Below, piece by piece: positions 1 through 9,770 of a DNA stretch of 64,000 nt. The stretch spans positions 8,730 through 72,729 of the forward strand of contig JBJMIP010000314.1 of assembly GCA_045806825.1 (NCBI GenBank). Reading direction: 5' to 3'. The stretch comes from Marmoricola sp. Its GTDB lineage: Bacteria > Actinomycetota > Actinomycetes > Propionibacteriales > Nocardioidaceae. Position numbers and translations under genes: made by a program. How positions within the stretch are numbered: the stretch's first letter is position 1; each line of letters opens with the position of its first letter. The notes under the pieces are model-generated. The model worked only from the letters and a program-made list of their open reading frames with translations, had not been told where the DNA came from and ran no database searches.

Positions 1-93
1 CAGTCCGAGAACAGCGGTGAGCACCGTGGCGGCGATCAGGAACAGCCAGACCGTGGTCTGGCGATCGGAGAGGACTCGGGGCATCGCGATCAC
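1..93 (-). CDS. Cytochrome c oxidase subunit IV-like (NorF-like) small membrane protein, 5' part only (runs off window)
   Basis: Not in ORF track. Reverse strand reads (V)IAMPRVLSDRQTTVWLFLIAATVLTAVLGL; its GTG overlaps the TGA of the CoxIII-like gene; same position and hydrophobic pattern as 54497..54772. Confidence 0.7.
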   Translation of the reverse strand, partial: MIAMPRVLSDRQTTVWLFLIAATVLTAVLGL

Positions 94-698
94 CTGATCA
101 TGTAGAGCAACGGGAACAGGACGAGCCAGAGCAGGTCGACCATGTGCCAGTAGATGGCACCGCACTCGGCGAACTTCTGCTGGCCGGGCGTGATCTGTGG
201 TCGGCGCGCGATCCTTGCGATGAAGAACACGACCACCGTGCCGATGACGAGGTGAACAAGGTGGATCCCGGTGAAGACGAAGTAGTACATGAAGAAGTCG
301 TTGCTGCCGCCTGTGTGGCCCTCCCCGATTAGCAGCGCGTACTCGGTGGCCTTGACCGCCGCGAATCCCAGCGCGCACACCAGGGTCAACCCGAAGAATC
401 GGCTTGCTACGGCCGTGCCGTCCCCGAGACGCCGTAGCCCGTGGATCACGAGCAGCGATCCGGTGAGCAGCAGCGCCGTGTTGACGATGCCCAGCACAGG
501 GTGCAGCTCGTGCTGGGAAGAAGCGAACGTGACCGGGTCGTCCCCGCGGGTGACCAGGATCGTGCCGAAGAACAGGGCGAAGATGGTCATATCTCCGAGG
601 ATGAAGACCCACAGGCCCTCCTCACCGGGAATACGGCGGCCGCTCGGCGCCGGGGCGACCGGCGCCACTGCCGCTGTCGGCAGGCTCTGCGTGCTCAT
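90..698 (-). CDS. Orphan cytochrome c oxidase subunit III-like (NorE/CyoC-type) membrane protein
   Basis: Motifs PGEEGLWVFILGDM, NTALLLTGS, KATEY, YFVFTGIHLVH, YWHMVDLLW; ATG at 698 overlaps upstream TGA (ATGA). Confidence 0.85.
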   Translation of the reverse strand: MSTQSLPTAAVAPVAPAPSGRRIPGEEGLWVFILGDMTIFALFFGTILVTRGDDPVTFASSQHELHPVLGIVNTALLLTGSLLVIHGLRRLGDGTAVASRFFGLTLVCALGFAAVKATEYALLIGEGHTGGSNDFFMYYFVFTGIHLVHLVIGTVVVFFIARIARRPQITPGQQKFAECGAIYWHMVDLLWLVLFPLLYMIR

Positions 699-1396
699 GC
701 CGGTGCTGGCGTCTCGGAAGCGACGCCGAGGCTGCGGTTGGCACGGAGGCATGCCCACGACATGACGAAGAGAAAAGCGCAGTAGGTGGTGAGCGCGAGC
801 CAGAAGACGAAGATCCCGTTCCACGCGAACGGACCGGACTTGAAGAAGTAGGCCAGTGGATCCACCAGGAACGAAACTGCGACGAAGAAGTTGACGAATG
901 CCACCCACCGCGGCATCAGCGCGGCAGGGTCGCGCAGGATCGCGATGCCGACGGCGACGTTCTGCACGATGAAGGGTGCGATGCCGCAGAACAGCAGCAG
1001 GAAGGCCACGTCGCACAGCAGGACGACGTCGGACGGATCGCGGTCTGCACGGAATGCGGCGAGGGCGAAGATCATCTGCGGGAACATGTTAATCAGAACG
1101 GTCACAGCCGCGGCCGCGATCTGGATCACGGCCAGGAGCGGGATGCCTGACGGTTCCATCCGGCCCAGGTGCAGGGAGATGAGCGCGAGCTGCGGGATCA
1201 TCAGCACGACACCGACGGCAGCGACCAGGAACCCGATCTTGACCCGGGTCGGGTCCTCGAGGAAGAACCGGGCGATCTCGTCCTGGTCCCCCGGCCCGAA
1301 CGGCACTGGTAGGAGACCGGCGATCAACCACCCCAGGAGGGTGACGACGACGGCGAGCGGCCCGGTGAAAGCAGCGTAGTCAGCGAGCTTCTTCAA
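695..1396 (-). CDS. Multi-pass membrane protein of unknown function (FxSGPFAWNG family)
   Basis: TTG start behind AGGAGA; about 6 hydrophobic segments; shares PRW and SGPFAWNG..FW motifs with 1447..2226 and 55407..56132. Confidence 0.8.
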   Translation of the reverse strand: MKKLADYAAFTGPLAVVVTLLGWLIAGLLPVPFGPGDQDEIARFFLEDPTRVKIGFLVAAVGVVLMIPQLALISLHLGRMEPSGIPLLAVIQIAAAAVTVLINMFPQMIFALAAFRADRDPSDVVLLCDVAFLLLFCGIAPFIVQNVAVGIAILRDPAALMPRWVAFVNFFVAVSFLVDPLAYFFKSGPFAWNGIFVFWLALTTYCAFLFVMSWACLRANRSLGVASETPAPA

Positions 1397-1446
1397 GGTG
1401 TCTCCTGCTTGGTTCTCGGGACGGGCAGACAAGCGCGAGCGGGGGC

Positions 1447-2226
1447 TCACCCGGTAGCAGCCAGGTCTTCGGCCTCGAGGCGGCGCAGTGCCTTCCAGGC
1501 GTACGGCGTGACGACAGCGATCATCACGAAGAACATGACGAAGACCGCCCAGAAGCTGATCAGCCCCTGCCAGGCGAACAAGCCGGAGCGGAAGAACGGC
1601 ATCAGCACGAGCGGCAGGTATGTCGCCGCGGTGAGGAAGACCAACCACGCGGTCCACCGGGGGAACAGCGGCACTGCACGCTTGTCGCGCAGGATGGCGA
1701 AGCCGAGCCCGAGGTTCTGCAGCACCGAGCACATGAAGGTGATGTCGAAGAAGAGCCAGCCGAGGTCGTACAGCGTCTGAACCGTCTCGGCCGACCGTGC
1801 CTCGGCCCGGAAGCTTGCGGTCAGCCAGATGATGGCGGGCATGACCGTCACCCAGGCCGTCAGTAGGCCTCCGAGCAACTCCACCGTCGAGAGCACCCCC
1901 ATCGGGCCCTCGATCCGGCCGATGATCTTGGAGAGGACGGCGCTCCAGACGTAGTAGCACGGAGCGCCGAAAGCCATCATCACCATGCCGATGCGCAGAG
2001 CATCGCCGCGATCGTTGAAGTACGCAGTGATCTCGGTGGCGCTCAGGTGCTCCGCGGGAGGCGGCCAGAAGCCGGCGAGTACGGCGAAACCGGTGAGTCC
2101 GAAGATGACGTACACCAAGACGGCGAGCAGACCCCAGCGCAAGGACTGGTAGTCACCCTCAACCTGATCGGCCGTGCTGACCTCGGCCCCGGCCGTGTGA
2201 CGACTGATGTCTGGTGCGATGCTCAT
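1447..2226 (-). CDS. Multi-pass membrane protein of unknown function, paralog of 695..1396
   Basis: ATG overlaps mceF stop (ATGA), RBS AAGGAG; motifs RIEG, FRAEAR, DLGWLFF, FPRW, SGLFAWQG..FW. Confidence 0.85.
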   Translation of the reverse strand: MSIAPDISRHTAGAEVSTADQVEGDYQSLRWGLLAVLVYVIFGLTGFAVLAGFWPPPAEHLSATEITAYFNDRGDALRIGMVMMAFGAPCYYVWSAVLSKIIGRIEGPMGVLSTVELLGGLLTAWVTVMPAIIWLTASFRAEARSAETVQTLYDLGWLFFDITFMCSVLQNLGLGFAILRDKRAVPLFPRWTAWLVFLTAATYLPLVLMPFFRSGLFAWQGLISFWAVFVMFFVMIAVVTPYAWKALRRLEAEDLAATG

Positions 2227-3392
2227 CGGTTCTCCTTGCACTGCGCCGGAGTCGCCGCGCGTCGAGAGGGATCGTTCGGACAAGGCACGTTGCGAGCGCC
2301 GCGGACGACCCGGGAGTCGTTGCTCGGTGCTGCGCAGTAGTACAGCGGCGTGTAGGCGTTGCCGACCTCGTCAGGAGCCCGCCACTTGCTGACCGGCAGG
2401 AAGCCCTTGGTGCACTCCGGCGGCTTGTTCGCATTGGAGACGGTGAGGCGCACGGCATCCAGGCCTCCGCGCTCGGGCAGCGTCACCGACTGCACGAGCG
2501 AGAGCGCGACGGGATAGTCGGACAGCAGCTGGGCGACGTACGCCTGATAGGTCGAGAGCACCCCGGTGATGACCTTCAACGGTGCCAGGAAGCCCGGGAT
2601 CGAAGGCCCGATGTCACGCAGGAAGCTCGTGGTCTCGTCTGCGAAGCCGGGACCGTTCGCGAGCAGCGACCGCAGATCCGCATCGCCGGCCCGCAGCTGG
2701 TCGGTCACGCTCGCCAGCTTGGTCGTCAGCGAGGTGATGTGGGCCGCCGACCCGTTCACTGTCGTCAGCAGCGGCTCCGCATCCTGGATCAGGGACTTGG
2801 TCTGCGGGAAGCTGGCGTCCGCCGCCTGCAGGAACTCCTGGGATCCGTCCAGGATCGCCTGAAGGTCCTGGTCACGATCTTTCAACGCCGTCGACGTTTC
2901 GGTCAGCAGCTGGGCGAGCTGCTTGCGAGGCAGGCTGTCGACCAGGGCGGTGACGTTGTCGAGCACGGGCCCGATCTCGACGGGGACCGAAGTCCGGTCG
3001 ACCTTGATCAGGTCTCCGCCATGCAGGTTCTCGGCAGAGGTCCGCTTGGCCGGAACCAGCTCGACGTACTGCTCCCCGACCGCCGACACCGAGTGGATCT
3101 CGGCACTAGCGTTGCTGGGGATCTTCGTTCCGTCCTTGATCGCCAGGCCGACCAGGATCCCGTCGTCGGTCAGCCTCATCGAACGCACCTTGCCGACCGG
3201 AGTTCCCAGGTAGTTGACTTGGGCGCCTTTGTACAGACCGGCACCTTGGCTGAATTGCACGTTGACCGTGTACCGGCCCAGGCCGAGCGTCTCCGGGATC
3301 CGGAGGAACACGACCGCGAGGATAAGGATGCCGATCGCGGAGGCGATCGTGAAGGCGATCAGCTGCTTGCGAATGAGCCTGCTGATGATCAT
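2223..3392 (-). CDS. mceF: MCE-family protein MceF
   Basis: N-terminal TM, MCE domain (GLYKGAQVNYLGTPVGKV, SAVGEQYVEL), C-terminal Cys motif RGARNVPC; sixth mce gene. Confidence 0.9.
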   Translation of the reverse strand: MIISRLIRKQLIAFTIASAIGILILAVVFLRIPETLGLGRYTVNVQFSQGAGLYKGAQVNYLGTPVGKVRSMRLTDDGILVGLAIKDGTKIPSNASAEIHSVSAVGEQYVELVPAKRTSAENLHGGDLIKVDRTSVPVEIGPVLDNVTALVDSLPRKQLAQLLTETSTALKDRDQDLQAILDGSQEFLQAADASFPQTKSLIQDAEPLLTTVNGSAAHITSLTTKLASVTDQLRAGDADLRSLLANGPGFADETTSFLRDIGPSIPGFLAPLKVITGVLSTYQAYVAQLLSDYPVALSLVQSVTLPERGGLDAVRLTVSNANKPPECTKGFLPVSKWRAPDEVGNAYTPLYYCAAPSNDSRVVRGARNVPCPNDPSRRAATPAQCKENR

Positions 3393-4648
3393 CGTCCGCC
3401 TCCCAACAGCCCGTTGAGCAGTCCGGAAAGGCCGTTGCCGCTACTGGGCGGCTGGGTCACCGTCACCGAAGGCTGACTACTACTGGGTGCGGCGGGCGTC
3501 TTGGCCGTCCCTCCGGTGAGCCCGGAGGTGAGGCCGCCGAGAAGGCCACCGAGGGGGGACTGGCCCCCGAGACCGAGGAGGTTCAACAGTTCCTCGGTGG
3601 TGGGGAGCCCGGGCAAGCCGGGCAGTGAGGGCAGGCCGTCCTTGGTGAGGAATCCGTTGACCAGCGCGTTGTTGGTCAGGTCGAGGATCAGGTCCAGGTT
3701 GCAGTAGTCGCCACGGCAGGCGTTCTGCATGGTCTCGGGCGCGAACGGGAAGGTCACGGCGAAGCCGAGCCCGTTCACCAGGGCCCCGCCCGCAGAGTCG
3801 ATCGCACGGAGTGCGGGCGCGAGGTCGCGAAGGTTCCCGACGAGGTCGGCACCGGTGGAGCGCACCAGCGGTGTCGCCACATCGCTGAGCTTCTTCAGGG
3901 AGCTCAACGCCGCGGTGACCTTGGGACGCTCCCGACTCAGGGTGGCGAGGGCCGGCCCGATCTGGTCGATCGAGCGGGTCAAGGTGTTGCGGTTGCGCGC
4001 GAACCGGGTGGACAGTCGATCGAGGCTCTCGATCGTGCCGTAGATCTGCTCCTTCTGAGCGTCCAGCGCAGTGACGAACGAGTTCACCCGAGGCAGCAGG
4101 TCGCGGACCGCGAGGTTGTTGCCGGTGAACGCCTTGCTGAGCTCGCTGGTGATTGTGCTCAACTGCTCTAGCCCGCCACCGTTGAGCACCACCGAGGCGG
4201 CCGACAGCACCTGCTCGGTAGCCGGGTACGCCTCTCCGTGGGCGAGCGGGATCCTGGTCCCTGAGATGAGCTGGCCCGTGGCTGGCTCCTCGGTCGGAGC
4301 CGACAGCTCGAGGTAGCTGGCACCCAGAAGGCTGTTCACGCCCACCTTGGCGATGGCGTTGGCCGGAAGCTCGGTCTTGGGATCCAGACTGATCGTGGCC
4401 ACCGCATGCCAGTCGACCGCCTTGATACTCGTGACGGTCCCGACCGCCACGTCGCCGACCTTCACCTGCCCGTTCGGCGTCAGGGTGCCGACATCGGGCA
4501 GCTCGACCGTGACCTTGAGTGACCCGTCACCCGTGCCTACGCCTCCGGGCAGCTGCATGGACTGGACTCCCCCGAAGCTGCAGCCGCTGAGGACCACAGC
4601 ACCGACGACCAGCGCCACTAACGCATTGAGCTTGCGCACGACCATCAC
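3389..4648 (-). CDS. mceE: MCE-family lipoprotein MceE (LprK-like)
   Basis: Lipobox VLSGC, LPGG motif, MCE domain (VKVGDVAVGTV, SLLGASYLEL); fifth mce gene. Confidence 0.9.
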   Translation of the reverse strand: MMVVRKLNALVALVVGAVVLSGCSFGGVQSMQLPGGVGTGDGSLKVTVELPDVGTLTPNGQVKVGDVAVGTVTSIKAVDWHAVATISLDPKTELPANAIAKVGVNSLLGASYLELSAPTEEPATGQLISGTRIPLAHGEAYPATEQVLSAASVVLNGGGLEQLSTITSELSKAFTGNNLAVRDLLPRVNSFVTALDAQKEQIYGTIESLDRLSTRFARNRNTLTRSIDQIGPALATLSRERPKVTAALSSLKKLSDVATPLVRSTGADLVGNLRDLAPALRAIDSAGGALVNGLGFAVTFPFAPETMQNACRGDYCNLDLILDLTNNALVNGFLTKDGLPSLPGLPGLPTTEELLNLLGLGGQSPLGGLLGGLTSGLTGGTAKTPAAPSSSQPSVTVTQPPSSGNGLSGLLNGLLGGGR

Positions 4649-5805
4649 CCGATCCCTAGGAGCTTCTCGAGAAGCTCGATGAACGAGGTCGTCTTCGGAT
4701 TGCCGGCCGCCTGGTCGAGGAGATTGCCCAAGAGGCTCTGACAGAGTTTTCCGGCCGCAGGCACCGAGGACTCGGAGGCTCCCCCGATCGCGCCACAGAT
4801 CAGCTGCCCGGGTGAGTGGATGTTGGCGGCGTGCAGATCGACGCCGACCGCGTTCTGGCGCTGGTGAACCGCCTCGATCAGGTTGCTCAGCGCATTCGGA
4901 GCCGCTTGAAGCGTCTGCGCCAGAGCCTCCTGCTGCTTCGCCACCACCGACGTCACATCCGTGAGACCGGTGATGCTGGTCTTGAGGGCGGCACGATTCG
5001 TCGTGACGAACCTTTCGACCTTGCGAACAGCGACCGCGAGGTTCGCGATGCTCGCACGGACCGAATTCTTGTTGTCGGCCAGCAGACCTGACACCGAGTC
5101 CAAGCGCGCCGTGAACGTAGCGATCTGTTGATCGCTCTCGGCCAGAGCACTGGTGAAGACCTGCAGGTTCTGCACCGTCGAGAAAGCATCTCCCGAGCCG
5201 TTCTGCAGGGTCTGGACCGCTCGGGACAGGTTCGCGATCGTGTCGTTGATCGTGTCCCCCACCCCGCCCAGGGCCTTCGAGGCCGACGTGACCAAGCTGG
5301 AGATGGCGCCTTTCCTATTCGCGCCGTTCGGCCCGAGGGCAACTGCCAGGTCGTTCAGCTGGTCCTTGATCTGATCCCACTCGATCGGCACCGCCGTACG
5401 GGACTGCGGGATGACCGCGCCGTCCTGGAGTGTCGGTCCACCGTCGTACCGCGGCGCCAGCTGCAGGTACCGGCTGCTCACCAGGGACGGAGCGACGATC
5501 ACCGCCTTGGCGTCAGCGGGAACCTTGACTCCGTGGTCGAACTTGAACTCGACCCGGACCCGGTCCCTCTCTGCGGTGATCTTTGTGACCTTGCCGACGG
5601 GGACACCGAGGACTCGCACCTCGTCGCCGGCGTAAATGCCGTTCGTGTGTGCGAAGTAGGCGACAGCGTCGGTGGACCGCATCCCAGGGAGGAACACCAG
5701 GAGTGCCGCGGCCAGCAGGCACGCCAGTACGACCGCGACGCCGCGCGGGCCGCTCGCCATAGTGAGCGCCCGGCTTACTGCGCTCGATCGACGACGACTC
5801 ATCAC
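4645..5805 (-). CDS. mceD: MCE-family protein MceD
   Basis: GIYAGDEVRVLGVPVGKV, SLVSSRYLQL, TAVPIEWD. Confidence 0.9.
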   Translation of the reverse strand: MMSRRRSSAVSRALTMASGPRGVAVVLACLLAAALLVFLPGMRSTDAVAYFAHTNGIYAGDEVRVLGVPVGKVTKITAERDRVRVEFKFDHGVKVPADAKAVIVAPSLVSSRYLQLAPRYDGGPTLQDGAVIPQSRTAVPIEWDQIKDQLNDLAVALGPNGANRKGAISSLVTSASKALGGVGDTINDTIANLSRAVQTLQNGSGDAFSTVQNLQVFTSALAESDQQIATFTARLDSVSGLLADNKNSVRASIANLAVAVRKVERFVTTNRAALKTSITGLTDVTSVVAKQQEALAQTLQAAPNALSNLIEAVHQRQNAVGVDLHAANIHSPGQLICGAIGGASESSVPAAGKLCQSLLGNLLDQAAGNPKTTSFIELLEKLLGIG

Positions 5806-6782
5806 TGCCTGCCCTTCTGGATGACCGGAGGGAGCATGTTCCCTGGAAGCAGGTTCTGCAGGTACGCCGTGAAGAACGGCCCGCTGCCGACGACCTCGCC
5901 CAGTCCGGTCGCGTAGACCGCGAGCCCTCGCAGGGATTTGTCGATGTTGGTCTTGTTGGCCTGCAACGTCCGGACCACGCCGTTGAGCTCGCGCAGTGCT
6001 GGCCCGATGACCTTCGCGTTCTGGTCGACGAGTGCGCTCAGCTGGCGCGACATCCCGGAGACGTTGGTCAGCAGGGTGCTGATGTCCTGCCGGCGGTGAA
6101 GCAGCTCGGCGAACAGCAGGTTGCCGTCCTTGACCAGGGCGGTCAGGTCGTCGCTGCGATCGGCGAGCACCTTCGAGAACGAGTTCGCGTGGTCGAGCAG
6201 CGCGCGCAAGGTCGCATCGCGCGATCCGATCGTCTCGGAGAGCCGGCCGATACCCGTAAGGGCCGCCTTGAACTCCGGAGTGACACCGTCGAGGGTTGTC
6301 GAAACCGTATTGAAAGCCTTGGCGAGCTGATCGATGTCGATCTTACCGGTCTCGACCGTGAGCTGGGACAACGCCTCGGAGACGTCGTACGGAGAGGTGG
6401 TGCGTGACAGCGGGATTCGACCCTGCAGGTCGCCACCGCCGGCGGACTTGAGGACCAGCGCCTTGTCGCCGAGCACGGTGGCCACCTCTATGGCCGCCGT
6501 GGTCTTCGAACCCAGATGGATGTCGCCGTTGCTGATGGTGAACTCGACGATCACACCCTTGGCACCGAGCTTCACAGAGCCGACATGGCCGACCTTGAGT
6601 CCGCTGACGCGCACCGGGTCACCCTGCTTGATGCCACCGGCCTCGGCGATCTCCGCCGAGTAGTGCCGGCCGAACAGCCCGACCACGTTGTTGATGTTGA
6701 GGACCAGCAGGATCACCAGGACCAGGCTCACGACCAGACCCAGACCCAACGGGAGCGGGTCCCGTTCTCTGAACGACTTCAT
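5802..6782 (-). CDS. mceC: MCE-family protein MceC
   Basis: MKSFRERDP start, EAGGIKQGDPVRVSGLKVG, TVLGDK, RTTSPYD. Confidence 0.9.
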   Translation of the reverse strand: MKSFRERDPLPLGLGLVVSLVLVILLVLNINNVVGLFGRHYSAEIAEAGGIKQGDPVRVSGLKVGHVGSVKLGAKGVIVEFTISNGDIHLGSKTTAAIEVATVLGDKALVLKSAGGGDLQGRIPLSRTTSPYDVSEALSQLTVETGKIDIDQLAKAFNTVSTTLDGVTPEFKAALTGIGRLSETIGSRDATLRALLDHANSFSKVLADRSDDLTALVKDGNLLFAELLHRRQDISTLLTNVSGMSRQLSALVDQNAKVIGPALRELNGVVRTLQANKTNIDKSLRGLAVYATGLGEVVGSGPFFTAYLQNLLPGNMLPPVIQKGRQ

Positions 6783-6783
6783 G

Positions 6784-7797
6784 TCAGTTGCACCTCTTCA
6801 CGGGCGACTGGATCCGCGGCGTACTGATCGGGTTCTTCTCCGGACCAACCAGGACCTGGACCGAGCAGAGGTAGAAGTTGAAGAAGGATCCATGGGAGGC
6901 GACCCGGTCGAGACGGTTGTAGACGTCGGGAAGGAGGCTCAACGTCTTGTTGACGCGGGCCGCGTTCTCGTTGAGCGTGCTGCTCACGCCCAGCAGACCG
7001 GCGAGGGTCGTCGCCAGCGGGGTGCGCACATCCGTGAACAGCCCTTGCAGCGTGCCGGTCAGCTGACTGACGTCGCCGAGGGCTTCGCCGATCGGGTCGC
7101 GGTCGGTGGCGAGCCCGCTGACCAGACCTCGCAGCTGGATGATCGCCTGGGTGAATTGGGTGTCATGGGCATCCAGGGTGCTGAGCACCACGTCCAGATT
7201 GGTCAGCAACGACCCGATCGCCTTGTCGCGGTTCGCGAGACCGTTCGTCAGCGAGGCTGTCTTGGCCAGCAGGGACTGGATGGTGCCGCCCCGCCCCTGG
7301 AGGGTGTTCACGATGCCCGTCGCCAACTCGTTGACCTGGTTCGGTGCGAGGCCCTGAAACAGCGGCCGGAATCCGTTGAGTAGGACGTCCAGATCGAGTG
7401 CAGGCGCGGTCCTCGACCTCGGGATGGTGGAGCCGGACTTCAGCACTGTCCCGGAATCCGGTGGCTGGGCCAGCTCGAGGTAGCGATCTCCGAGCAGGTT
7501 CTCGTACCGGACCAGGACGTGGGTCTCGTCCGAGAGATACTGGTCCTTGGCGACGTGGAACTTGACCTTGATCTCGTTGTCTTTGCCCACCGAGAGTCCG
7601 TCGACCTGGCCGACACGGACCCCGGCCACGCGGACGACGTCGCCTTTCTCGAGGCCACTGACGTCACTCATCACGGCGTCGTACGAGTTCGAAGGACCGA
7701 TCGTCGACCGCGCAAGCGTCAGGTAGAGCAGCACGGCAGTGACCAGCCCGAGGGTGACGAAAATGGCTAGCTTGGTCGCCTCAGCTCGGATCCTCAC
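6784..7797 (-). CDS. mceB: MCE-family protein MceB
   Basis: GTG overlaps mceA stop; DVSGLEKGDVVRVAGVRVG, RYENLLGDRYLEL, PALDLDVLLNGFRPLF, FNFYLC. Confidence 0.9.
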   Translation of the reverse strand: MRIRAEATKLAIFVTLGLVTAVLLYLTLARSTIGPSNSYDAVMSDVSGLEKGDVVRVAGVRVGQVDGLSVGKDNEIKVKFHVAKDQYLSDETHVLVRYENLLGDRYLELAQPPDSGTVLKSGSTIPRSRTAPALDLDVLLNGFRPLFQGLAPNQVNELATGIVNTLQGRGGTIQSLLAKTASLTNGLANRDKAIGSLLTNLDVVLSTLDAHDTQFTQAIIQLRGLVSGLATDRDPIGEALGDVSQLTGTLQGLFTDVRTPLATTLAGLLGVSSTLNENAARVNKTLSLLPDVYNRLDRVASHGSFFNFYLCSVQVLVGPEKNPISTPRIQSPVKRCN

Positions 7798-8879
7798 TGG
7801 GGTGCACCCCTCTCCGGGAACGGAAGCTGACCGGACGACAGCAGCGGCAGGCCCGCACAGGTCGGGCCCGTGCCGTGCGGGTAGGTCGGCAAGTCCTTCG
7901 GGAAGGTGTACGGCGGCAACGCCCCGCGCAGCGACACCTTGCCGATCAGCGCGGCGGTCTTGCCTCCGATGACGTCGGCCATGATGTCCCTGGTCTTCGA
8001 CAGTCCGCGCAGGAAGCACGGCAGCTCGGTCGAGTACGCCGCCAAGGTGCGGGACGTCGGGCGGAGGTTCTTGAGAACCGAGGCAAGAGCGGACGAGTTG
8101 ATACCCAGGACCTGCGCACCCTCTCCGCCGAGCACGCTCAGGCTGACCAGCAGCTGATCAAGCGCCTGGTGCTCGGTCACGATCGTCTTTCCGGTCACTG
8201 TGGCGTTGTCGAGGATCCGCAGCAGCGCCGGCGAGATCCGGACCCCGAGGTCACCGAACCGCGCGAGCTGCGCCAGGTCGCGCCGGATCTGCGGCAGCAG
8301 CGGCTCGAGCTTGGTGAGGTAGGCATCCGCCTCGGTCGCGATGGCCGCAATCGTGTCGCCGCGCCCTCGCACAGCCTGAGCCAGGGTCGTCAGGGTGACG
8401 TTGAGGTCGCTGACATTCACGCTGGCGAGGACCCCGTCCAGACTCTTGAAGACGGTGTTGATCTCGGTCGTCACACCACTGTTGTCGATCACCGCACCGG
8501 CGCTGATCCGCCGCTCGTCGGGATCCGCCGGAATGCTGAGATCGACGTACTTGGCCCCGAAAACCGTGGAGGACTTGATCGTTGCCACGACATTGGCGGG
8601 GATGTGATTCACCTGGCCACGATCCAGCTCCAGCTTCAGCACCGCGGTGCCGTTGCTGCGAGCGTCGATCGACTTGACCCGACCGACCGCGATGCCCCGC
8701 ATCTTCACAACGTTTCCGGGATCCATCACGAGCCCGGTCCTGCTCGTCACCAACGTGACCTCGAGCGGGTTCGAGAAAGCGTGGTTGTACAGCGCTGCCG
8801 TCAACCCGAACGCTGCGAGCACAGCGAGAACCATGCCGACACCGGCCAGACGGACGAGGGACTTGGATTCGCGCATCAC
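7794..8879 (-). CDS. mceA: MCE-family protein MceA
   Basis: RTGLVMDPG..VKMRGI.VG, TVFGAKYVDL, TTEINTVF. Confidence 0.9.
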   Translation of the reverse strand: MMRESKSLVRLAGVGMVLAVLAAFGLTAALYNHAFSNPLEVTLVTSRTGLVMDPGNVVKMRGIAVGRVKSIDARSNGTAVLKLELDRGQVNHIPANVVATIKSSTVFGAKYVDLSIPADPDERRISAGAVIDNSGVTTEINTVFKSLDGVLASVNVSDLNVTLTTLAQAVRGRGDTIAAIATEADAYLTKLEPLLPQIRRDLAQLARFGDLGVRISPALLRILDNATVTGKTIVTEHQALDQLLVSLSVLGGEGAQVLGINSSALASVLKNLRPTSRTLAAYSTELPCFLRGLSKTRDIMADVIGGKTAALIGKVSLRGALPPYTFPKDLPTYPHGTGPTCAGLPLLSSGQLPFPERGAPQ

Positions 8880-9758
8880 TCAACCCGCCAGGTGGAAGGT
8901 GTTGAAGTTCGCGTAGATCGACATGCCGATCAACAGGTTCACGATCATGACCCCGGAAAGGGAGGCGCGAACCGAGCGCCCGACGGCCTCCCCCACGCCC
9001 GCCGGCCCGCCCTTGGCGGTGTAGCCGTAGAAGGTGTGGATCATCATCACGACGATGACCATCCCGAGCACCTGGATGTAGGAGAACACGATGTCGAGCG
9101 GGCTGAGATAGGCGAAGAAGTAGTGGCTGAAGTTGCCCGCTCCGGTGTCGTAGAAGAACACCAGCAGCAGGTAGTCAGCGAGGAAACCCGCCAGCGTCGC
9201 GAACACGTAGAGCGGGGTGATCACGATCATCCCGGCGATGACCCGCGTCGTCGCGAGGTACGGGAGTGAGGGGATCGACATCACCTCGATCGCGTCGATC
9301 TCCTCCGCGATGCGCATCGCGCCCAGCTGGGACGTCGTCGCCGCTCCGAGGGTCACGGCCAGCGCAACACCCGCCAGCAGCGGCGTCGACAGACGTGAGG
9401 TGAAGAACGCCGCCAGGATCGGGCTCAACGAGCCGACGCCGATGTTCGAGGAAGACTCGAAGCCCTGGGCCGCTGCGACCGCGCCCGCGAAGAACGTGAT
9501 CGAGGCGACGATGACCACCGAGCCCCCGATCAGAGCCAGTGCGCCGGTCCCTGTGCCCAGCTCAGCGATCAAGCGGATGATCTCGCGGCGGTGGCGTCGT
9601 GACGCCCGCGGCACACTGGCGATCACCCGGGCGTAGAACAGTCCTTGTTCGCCGATCGCCTCGAGTGCCTGCCCCGGCTTGGCGCTGGCCGTTCGCAGCC
9701 GTTCGGACACGGTCGGTCCGGGGATCGCCTCGGCCTCGACTTCCTTCACCATATGCAT
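8880..9758 (-). CDS. yrbEB: YrbE/MlaE-family ABC permease YrbEB
   Basis: QLGAMRIAEEIDAIEVM, HTFYGYTAKGGPAGVGEAVG. Confidence 0.92.
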   Translation of the reverse strand: MHMVKEVEAEAIPGPTVSERLRTASAKPGQALEAIGEQGLFYARVIASVPRASRRHRREIIRLIAELGTGTGALALIGGSVVIVASITFFAGAVAAAQGFESSSNIGVGSLSPILAAFFTSRLSTPLLAGVALAVTLGAATTSQLGAMRIAEEIDAIEVMSIPSLPYLATTRVIAGMIVITPLYVFATLAGFLADYLLLVFFYDTGAGNFSHYFFAYLSPLDIVFSYIQVLGMVIVVMMIHTFYGYTAKGGPAGVGEAVGRSVRASLSGVMIVNLLIGMSIYANFNTFHLAG

Positions 9759-9770
9759 CGGTATCCCCCG

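Noticed and set aside
90-698. Functional terminal oxidase or nitric-oxide reductase operon
   Set aside because: No subunit I/II, norB/C or assembly genes in view; the second copy is fully bounded without them. The left edge cannot be excluded.
3389-3640. Gly/Leu/Pro low-complexity repeats
   Set aside because: Ordinary disordered C-terminal tail of an Mce protein; not a DNA repeat array.
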